From the human T2T-CHM13v2.0 reference genome, Homo sapiens, in the NCBI RefSeq assembly GCF_009914755.1, contig NC_060935.1: a stretch of 64,000 nt of DNA; one strand, given 5' to 3'. The notes beneath the pieces are model-generated. The model was not told the DNA's origin. It was given only the letters and a program-made list of their open reading frames with translations, and made no database searches. Numbering within the stretch: the first letter of the stretch is position 1; every line of letters starts with the position of its first letter. A program made the position numbers and the translations under genes. Positions 53,991 to 64,000 of this stretch are shown piece after piece.

Positions 53991-54929
53991 ACTGCAAAAA
54001 GGGGCAAAAGAACATGATTCTGGAATTCCAAAGCACTAAACATCTGTTTCCTATGTTTTGTATTCATATATTTCAGTACTATATAGAACTGGTGTTAACA
54101 CATTTCTGTTCTTTCTTAGAGACTTTAGTTTTTCTTTATCTTTTATTATTTTGGGGACCGAATGTTTTAATTTATTCAATCTGCAATGAATCATTGGCTA
54201 GCTTATGTTTTCTGTCCAACCATAATGAATATTATAGTGTCGTTTTGTAACCATAGCATTTGTTTCAAAAAAAGTTATGGTTTAATAAAGTTTGAATTTG
54301 GGGGCTTTGAAAAATTAATTTCAATGATAAAAATTTTATAACACTTTGGAGAAAATAAAATTTGAAAAAAAATTGAGGCAGATAGCATTTACATTTTTGG
54401 AAGAGGTCATCCATGAAGGCTCAGTTTTGATGTCTCTGAATTGGTAAGTCAGTTTAACCTGGTTCTCTCGTTTAACCCAGAATCCGCTGCACACTATGCT
54501 AAGAGTTGTCTTAGAGTAGTAGCCACTAGGTAACAACCACCAAATCTCCCCCTAGTTAACAGGTTCCCTAAGAATGCTGCTTTGTTGCCTTGTTGCCATT
54601 TCGTTATTCATACTGCTGATTTTCATATGTACCGAGAACATTGCAATTTTTTCGTCATCAAATATTCAGCTACTAAGGTATCTCAGAAAAGATGCATAGA
54701 CTATGTATAGGTAACTGCTTATTCACCAATATACTGAATCACCGTTAACATGCTTCCTTCCCCCTCTTCCTTCTGTCTTCTTTGTTGGAATTTCAAAGCA
54801 ATCAGGTAATAGTTCAGTGTTAAATTAATGAGTACAACTGGTTTGTCAGTCCAAATTTTCCAGTGTTGCAAATAGAATACAGATCTGTGATAATATAGAG
54901 TTGCCACTATAGTATATTGGAATTGTTAT

Positions 54930-55090
54930 TCAATTAGAAATTAGGAAACTGAGATTGTAGTTCTGTTTCATTATTAACAATATACGTAATAAGAGATGTG
55001 TAGTTTATCCTGTTGAGTTTTAATTTCCTTATCTATCAAGTGAGGAGTTGAGGGAGGTGGTCCAAAATGTGCCTTAGTCTAGCTTCCTGT
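54930..55090 (+). mobile_element. MIR fragment
   Basis: AATTTCCTTATCTATCAAGTGAGGAG. Confidence 0.5.
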
Positions 55091-55132
55091 TGTATATTGT
55101 ATGTCTGCCCCGGCATAAATAGGAATAGCCTG

Positions 55133-55458
<326 letters not shown>

Positions 55459-56529
55459 TTAGCTTAGATTTTGAGTACATATTTTCCTTCCTCACTCTCA
55501 CCATTTATATGTTTTTTCTTCATAAAATATAGAGTTACTGCATAAACAATTCAAAATGTCTCTAGAGTCTCATGACAGACATCTCAAGAACAAGGGTTCT
55601 CTGTGGAGTAAGAGTATAGTGAGGGCGTTAACTATATTTACATATTTAAGCTATCCAAATGTGGAAAACCTAAATTAGTTGAATACTGATTGTGAATTTA
55701 ACATCTTGGCTATGCATTGAAGATGGGTGAGAAATATTCTATCTAGGGCTGCTTATACACAAATAATTTTTAAAAATATATAATTTAAGTTTTTATAAAT
55801 TATAAAACACTTTAAAGTACTTACTTGTTTTATTTATAGAGTCAATTACAAATTTAATAAAGCACCAATTTTTAGATCTCTTTCATTTCTCATTTCAAAA
55901 AGTTAAAAAAAAAAGAAAAAAAATGCACTTAAGCAAAAAGTCTAGAATGAAAGGAAAAAGATCCTGAAAGAGGCGAATGAGAAAAATCCATAAAGTCTGA
56001 TGTGGCTGATCATAAGGGAAACTGATTTTTCACACACCTAAATATTAATTCACTGAGATAGTGAGTTTTAAAGCATAGCTGAATGTCATTGCCCTTTGAA
56101 ATGTCAATTTACCAATATCCACAGTTCATCAGCTGAATTAATCCTTAACCTTTGGAGGCCTTTAAAAGGCACAACTCAACAACGAAAAAAAAATCTCTTC
56201 TAGAGACATAGCAGCCATGAAACTTCAACTATTATGGAACAAGATATGTATAAATACATGAAATCAATCATGTATGTGTGTGCGAGATGTGTGTGTACAC
56301 ACATAGTAGAATATCGGGGGAGATAAATGAAAACATTTATAGAAGTTATCCTTGGATAGGAGATTATGGGTAACTTTCATAAGATGGTTTTTTTTTAACT
56401 TTCTAAAAGGAGTATGAATTATATTTGAAAAATGATAATTTATTAATCAATTAACTAATATATAAGTAGGAGTTATTTGAATATTTCCTCTGTTTCTTCA
56501 GCAAGTGGACTCTAACCATCTGGAAGAGT

Positions 56530-56710
56530 AAATATCAAATTTTGCTGCACATCAGAATTATCTGAAGAGCTTCAAAAAATTTCTATTGCTTAGGTTGCGC
56601 TTCACACCAATTAAATTAGAAGCTCTGCAAATGAGACCTAGACATCAGTATTTTAACACAAGGCCCTATCCATGTGATTCCAATATTCAGCCAACTTTGA
56701 GACCCAGTGA
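56530..56710. mobile_element. MER5A-like DNA transposon
   Basis: GCTGCACATCAGAATTATCTG...GTGATTCCAATATTCAGCCAACTTTGAGA. Confidence 0.7.
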
Positions 56711-58019
56711 TGTAGAACACAGACAGATGACCTGGCCACTTAGACTTTCCCTCAAGGACTCTGAATTATGGAAAAATAGTAAAATGATGCAATCTTACAG
56801 TAATACGTATTTGGTGATGGCATGCTTAATTAAACTTTTTGTGACCTTTTGCCTGACTTTTCAATAGCCTATCCTTCCTTGATTCATGTCTGTTTCGAAA
56901 CCTGGTTTGGAAACATTTATGTCAATCTTGTGAACTACTTGATATTCTTCCAACAAATTTTCCTTATTAATGGAAGCTACTCAGTTACTTGCAACCCAAA
57001 CCAAGAATTGCTATATTTTTAATAAATTATTAAGGGAGAGTAATTTGAGCTATGTAAAAGAGAAAATAAGCAGCTATATTGGTAAAATGAAATATTTATA
57101 AAGAAAAAGGTAGCTCAATACTGTTGAAAATAACTACATATACACTGGATATCAAGTACATGACACTATGTTTTACATGTATTTTCTCCTTTATTTTCTC
57201 ACCAACATTATAATGTAATTACTATAATTATACTCATGTTGTAAATGAACAAGCTATATATAATGAGTCCAAAGGTGTGAAACTAAGTAGTTATTCAAAG
57301 CTTATTCTTTTAACCATAATGCTATACTGCTTATTAATGGATAGGGGTTGTCGTGATGGTGGAAAGAATATTAAGGTAAAATAGAGGTGACCAGAAAATA
57401 ATTACAAAGCCAGGAGAGTCTTGAAATACATAAGCTTTCATAAATGCATAGTCCTATCACATGATGTTGGCATATTGCTTTACTTACTTCAATTGTGTTA
57501 ATTAATAAAACCCTCTAAGATTCATAAAGTTGAATTTCTAATTCATGAGCAAAAAATTAAAAGACATACAAACCTCTCTGTGTGGTAAAAGCATACTACT
57601 GTTTCTGCTTAATTAATACCTTAATCATCTCATTATGTAACCATGAAATGGTATTCCACCCCGATAAATGGTGGAATTACCTAAACATCTTAAAATCAGG
57701 ATCTGATTTTGATTCATCTTTGCACCCCTCATGACATCTGAATATTAAAGGGCTTCTTCAGGTTTAATCCCTGGCTTTATAGATGCAAAATTCTTCTATG
57801 CATTTATAATTTCTACATATATTCAATAGAAATTGGCAATACTTAGAATGTGGAAACACAAAACCAACTGCAACAATCCCTTCCCTGAAAGAGTATTCTC
57901 CAAAAGGAATTTGGGGGTCCAAATATTTAAAAATTAGAAATAATGTTACTCTATTTAGGATAAGTATTAAGTCAGTCATTTTGCCTCCAGTGTGTACCCA
58001 GGAAAACTATCAAATTTTT

Positions 58020-58600
58020 TTCTCTATTCTTGATCTTTCTCCTGGACCTCAGAATTCAACTTCCTAACATCTCCATTTGAATGTTTAGACTTAAAACAAT
58101 AAAACCAAACTAATAGTTACTGCACTTAAACCTGCTCTGCTCTACTCTGTCATCACTTCGTCTTCCGCTTCCTTAGACCACTTTGCCATCATCAGGTTAG
58201 GACTACTGAAATGTCCATTGTAACTGATCTTCTAATGTCCGCTCTTATCCCGCTAAATGCATTCTCCAAAAATAATCTAGAGTGAATATTTTTAAATTTA
58301 ATTTTGATCATATACTCCATTGAGTTCAGAATACATATTATTTTGTAATCTTCATTAAGACTTTAAATGATCCTGCCTTAACTTTTTGCTCTCTCTGCCA
58401 TAGCTATACTAGATGATTACATTTCTCACATTGATATATCAAGCATGATTATACCTCAGAGTTTTTGGAGTTATGGTTTCTTCTGTCTAAAATGTTCTCC
58501 CAGTTACCAAAGGACTTATGGTTTTATTGCATTTAGTTTCTTTCTCCAATAGATACTTTAGCAGACAGGTCTTTTCTATCCACCCTATTTAAAGTAAAAT
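58020..58600 (+). mobile_element. L2 fragment
   Basis: ACATCTCCATTTGAATGT, TACCTCAGAG..TTGG...ATGTTCTCCC. Confidence 0.55.
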
Positions 58601-58639
58601 CACTACACTGCATACATGAAAATACTCTCTAGGACCATA

Positions 58640-60294
58640 TTTAAATGCTAATTTATGTAAACCTCCTCCTCAGAACTGTACAGATAAGAAAATATAATGA
58701 AATAGAATTTTTATCTCCCAGACATACAGCATAAAAAGTATATAGAGAAAACTACAAATGTGATTTGTCTGACATTATTCGTTCAGAAAAAAATCTAAAA
58801 CAAATGAAGAAAAGTAAAAAGATTCTAGAATCTCTGCAATGTTACGAGATTACAAGAAAAAAAAGAGAGAGGGTAAAATGCTTCAGCAGGTAAAAGCTCA
58901 CACACAAAAACATACACCAACCAACTACAGAGTAGAAGGTAATGTTACACAGCACTCTGATATAAAGTAAATATAATCAAGCAATTTTACATTTAAGAAA
59001 TTCTGAAATAAGAAAATTTAAATCACAGATTAAAAAATTAGAATAAAAATTGACAAGTAACAGAAATCTGAAATGGAAGCTCATATTACTCAAAAAAGAC
59101 CTGGAAGAATATTCCAGAATCTTCTAAAAAATACAGATTATACGACATCAAATGAAAGAAAAGCCATGACCAAGTGTACAAAGAAAGGCATATGGTTTGG
59201 GAATCGGATGGTTAAAATAAAACAAAAATAAAGATGAAGGTAGAAAGTGCTGATGAAAAAGGATCACACATAGAAAAGAGGCAATGGATAAGCAACATGT
59301 ATATAATTGAAACTTCTGAAGTGGAAAAACAAAACAATAAATTGAACTGGTATTTGAAACTTTAATTTGAGAAAACATTCTTGAGATAAAAGAATTTTCT
59401 TATCTACATAGCTAATAATCCAGTCATGTAGCAGGAAAAATTTCTCAAGTCATTTAACTACGACATATGTCAGGAAAGCTTCAATTCAATGAAAACGGAA
59501 AATAAAAATAACTCTCATGTGTGCATCTAATAAAAAAAGACATTAAAAAATGAGAAAACAAAATAAATTTGATTTGGCCTCAGACATTTTAATGTCAACA
59601 CACAGAACAAGAGAACTTCAAAGAAACAAATGTGTTTAAGAATGCCAAGGATAAACAATCTGAGACAACTGCTTTATATTCAGCCAAGTATCCATGAAGT
59701 ATTAAGGCTACAATCAACCAGATTTAAATATGCATTAATGCAGAAAAGTTATGAAAAAAATTATTCCAACAAGCCTTTCTTGGAACCTACTAAAAATAAG
59801 CTTCATTCAATCAAGAGTTTTTTTAAGAAAAATAAAATTATTTTAATAATTAACTGTATGTATTTGTATACAAATTATTATTTATAGATTAATATATTCA
59901 AATATATCTAAAGAATTGAATCTATTTGTCAAAAAAGTGAGGATAACAGTGGGACAATAATACATAAAACTTAATGCTCTGACAAATTAGAAATGACACT
60001 CTAGGTAGAGATTGGAGATGAAAACAAGAAAGTATAAGAGTCTGGAAGTTTTCATAGGGAAAGGTGAGAGTCTGGTGATATAATTTATAACAGACAAATC
60101 AAATAATAGAAGCTGAAGTAAGCTGAAGGTGAATTAAACAATAGTGAAAGAAAGAAAAAGACAGAGAGAAATGAGCCAATGGACAGTAGTAGTGAAACAG
60201 ACTACATTGACAAAGATACACAGTAATTATAACACAATACACAGTAAGTGTATCATAAAGTTATCTGACTAAATTGAGATTCCCAAAATGACTG

Positions 60295-60338
<44 letters not shown>

Positions 60339-61310
60339 TACACACACACACACACACACACGTTAGAAAGTGAGTTTCTGATTGGCTTATAAAACAAAGT
60401 ACAAGCCTAGTTATGTACAACAGGTAAAGTTATTTTAAAAAGACAAGATAAAAAAGATGTGCAAATGTATGCCATTTAAATAGAAGCATTAAAATCTACC
60501 TTGATATTTAACAAGGTAGATTACAAACCAAAAAGCACTAAACAATATCAAATATACATGTTCTAATGTTCAAGACCACAATTCTCAATGAAGGTATAGA
60601 TAAAATAGCTATGAATATTCAAGCACTAAATAACACTGCAACAACCTTCATATAGAATAAATTATAGAATGTGAAAGAAAAAATAAAAATACATTAATGG
60701 AAGGGGATTTTAACAGAATTTTATTCATTCAACTAAGTCAAAGGAGCACAATTAAATAAGGATGTAGAGGATCTTAAGGAAACATAATAATGAAAATCTA
60801 AGGTAGAATATTTATCAAAGGTGTACCTCCAATAAATAGAAAATATACCTGCTTTCAAAGTATAGTGATAGCAGTCATAAAAATTTACCACTTAATACCA
60901 TAAACAAAATATCAATACATTGTATCAAGAAAAAATGATATAAACAAAATTATCTGATTACAATACAATAAAACAAAAACTAATAGGAAAATTAAACAGA
61001 GGTCTCTTCCCTTTAGATATTAACATATAATACAAGGGAATATTTAAGAAATTGTATAAAGTAATGTTAATAAAAATAGTATATTCTGGAATAAACATGA
61101 TTTAGCAAAAGAAATGTTCCGATAAAACTGCATAACCTTAAAAAATTATATCAGTAAAAACAAGAAAGTGAAAGTAAATATTTAAAAAGAACAAAATAAA
61201 ACAAAATTAAGCATTATAAAAACATATTAGTAACAAAATAGAAATAAACAGTTTAGAGAATAGAAAGACAAGGAAAAAATGAGTAAATAAAAAGTTCTTG
61301 GGGAAATATC
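58640..61310 (+). mobile_element. Highly degraded L1M (ORF1 to ORF2 5') region
   Basis: Strong A bias with L1-like motifs (GGCCTCAGACATTT, AAGGATGTAGAGGATCTT). Confidence 0.55.
60296..60361. repeat. (TA)n(CA)n microsatellite
   Basis: Directly visible. Confidence 0.95.
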
Positions 61311-61399
61311 AAGAGAAAGGAAGAGCAAGGATATATGTATTCTATCCTCAAAGGTGACTGTCACATGAATTTCTTTCTCTAAATAAATTAAAGAAGATG

Positions 61400-62705
61400 A
61401 AGTATTAATTATTTACCCTCCTTTTTCATGAGAAAATGCAGCTCATTAACAGTTGAAAAGGAAACTTTTGTTAAAGAAAAGTATGAAAGCTAATAAATAA
61501 TGTATAACAGATTTTTTAAACCACCATTTTTTGACATCAAGTAAAATAATTGTGTGGGGCAAAGATCATTCACTGGATGATAAAAGGATGCAAAAATTGT
61601 GTGGACAAAATATTTGTATGCTGCCAAAATATCACCACACAAATTACTTGACAATTGCAAAGTGAAACGTTTATTTTTACAATAGAGAAGTTTGGCAGAA
61701 AACACCTTAAACAAATGACCCAATTTACCATCACTAATTGTAAAATTATTTAACTATATATCCTGCTTGATGTATCATAAAACAAACACCTCTTAAAACT
61801 ATTCCTGACAAAAGAAATAGTTAACCTGAGTATAATCAAGCTATTATATCTAACTTGCATTTTAAAAGAAAGTAATATATAAAGAGATGTAATGACCCTT
61901 AAGGAAACAATGAAATATCTATTAAAATAAATCAAAATTGGTCTTATTTCTTTAAAAGTGAGTGCTATTAAAAAAAAAAAAATGACAAGCCTGGCAAAGT
62001 GGCTCATGCCTGTAATTCCAGAACTTTGGGAAGCTGAGGTGGGAGGATCACTGGAGCCCAGGAGTTCGGGCCAGCCTGGGCAACAAAGCGAAACTCTGTC
62101 TCTACAAAAAAATAAAACAAATTATCTGGGCATAGCATGTGTCTATGGTCCCAGCTCTATGGGAGGCTGAGGCAGGAGGATCATTTGAACCCAAGAGGTC
62201 CAGCTTAGGTGACAAAGTGAGAGCCTGTCTCAAAAAAAAAAAAAAAAAAAAGAAAAAGAAAAGGAAAAGAAAAAATAAGGGAAAGAAGACAGACAATTAT
62301 CTTAGATTAAAAGAGATTTCAATCAAATGCAAACTGGAAACTTGACTGGATACTAGCTTGAAGGACCTGATAATAGATTATTTTCAATTTCTCCAGGTAT
62401 AATAATTTTATTTGATTTTCAGGAGTATGTCTTCATTCACGAAAAATTTGTATTAGTTAATTATCATGATTTCTGCAACATTTATCGAAATGGTCAGCAA
62501 GGAGTTTGAAAGGTGGAGATAGAAGACAGATAGCAAATGAGCAAGAGGAGAGCAAGAGCACAATGCATAAACAAGTGTTGAATGGGAGTGTGAGTGGGTA
62601 TGAATGAGTGTTGAATGGGTGTATGAATGGATATAAGAGTGGGTATATGCTGTTCATTATCATAATATTTTATAGTTTAGAAATGTTAATAATTGATAGT
62701 TGAAA
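61400..62705 (+). mobile_element. L1MC/MD-like 3' region, interrupted by an Alu
   Basis: TTTACAATAGAGAAGTTTGGCAGAAAACACCTTAA; TCAATCAAATGCAA; GGGTATATGCTGTTCATTAT. Confidence 0.65.
61988..62278 (+). mobile_element. AluJ SINE with partial right-arm deletion
   Basis: GGGAGGATCACTGGAGCCCAGGAG; A-rich tail. Confidence 0.9.
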
Positions 62706-63469
62706 AATAACCTGCTATAATATTTTGAAAAAAAAGGAAGTCTAAAAAATACAATATTCCACCTAATTCCTTATTCTCAATCACGGCCAAAAATGTTCCT
62801 CATAACTTGGTAGACTTCATTTTTTCAAAAGCTGCAATATGAAATGAGCACTACTAAAAAATTTATGACTATTTTAGCAACTGCAAACTGAATTAGTACA
62901 ATTTAAAATATTTAATAGTCTTATTTGTTAAAGAATCCAGAGTTTTTTGAATAATCATGCCAGTAATTCCACAGCAATAAAAGTTTTTAAATAAACCAGT
63001 CTGCAGTCTAGACAGTTAAATTTTTGGAGCCCTGTACTTCATGTTGACAAAGGCTATAAGAGTGATTCATTGCTGAGTGAGAAAGGGGCAAACACAGATT
63101 ATTCTTGATTTCCTCCCCTCCATGACACTTGCCATCTATGATACTTGTGTGAAGTTCATGACCTATAAATTCAAATTGGTCAAGAAATTAGTTTGGTAGA
63201 ATGTATATACCATGTAGTTGTTGGTAGTAGGGAATCCACCTATTCATCATTTTTCTTTTCTCAGAGGGTGGCATTTGGTGATTTGCAATGATGGTAGCCT
63301 TCGTCACCATGGTTTATTATTGATGTGTGTTTTTTTCTAATTTTTTTCCATAAAATTCACACATTCTCCATTTTTATTTCATTTTAGGTTCTATGATCCT
63401 GGCTCACCAGTGCTACTTTGAGTGTAGGATGACCCTAGCAATATGGTATGCCAAACATTACTAGTGTTC

Positions 63470-63620
63470 GCCCAGACTGGACTTTCCTCTCCTTCCTGGG
63501 CACATACATAATAACATTTTCCAGTTGCTTTCCAGTTAAGGAGAATCAGGTGACTAGATTTGGCCAGTGGGCAGTATAAAATGATGTAAATCATTCCCAG
63601 CCTGAAGCAATGAAAACTCA
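63470..63620 (+). mobile_element. Old MLT1 LTR fragment
   Basis: CTTCCTGGGCACA...GTGACTAGATTTGGCCAGTGG. Confidence 0.55.
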
Positions 63621-63635
63621 CTAACAGAAACTCTA

Positions 63636-64000
<365 letters not shown>

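Overview
AT-rich primate (very probably human) genomic DNA, either intergenic or deep intronic. I see no CpG island, protein-coding gene, tRNA/rRNA or CRISPR array. The window is mostly interspersed repeats: two full-length MaLR proviruses (MST on -, THE1 on +) facing away from each other, many solo LTRs (THE1, MST, MLT1, MLT2A1), Alus of J/S/Y age, L1 fragments from L1M to a young L1PA2-type 3' end, L2/MIR relics, hAT DNA transposons and microsatellites. The supplied ORFs are repeat-derived or chance. I found no new biological system. The most unusual items are small genome-evolution events readable from the sequence: (1) a retroposed, polyadenylated ERV-LTR R-region RNA inside an Alu; (2) a young L1 3' end with 5' microhomology and no TSD; (3) three short non-tandem local duplications, one of which preserves the empty site of a THE1 insertion; (4) multi-level nested insertions. 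Subfamily names come from my recall of consensus sequences and need RepeatMasker/Dfam confirmation; boundaries without a TSD are approximate.
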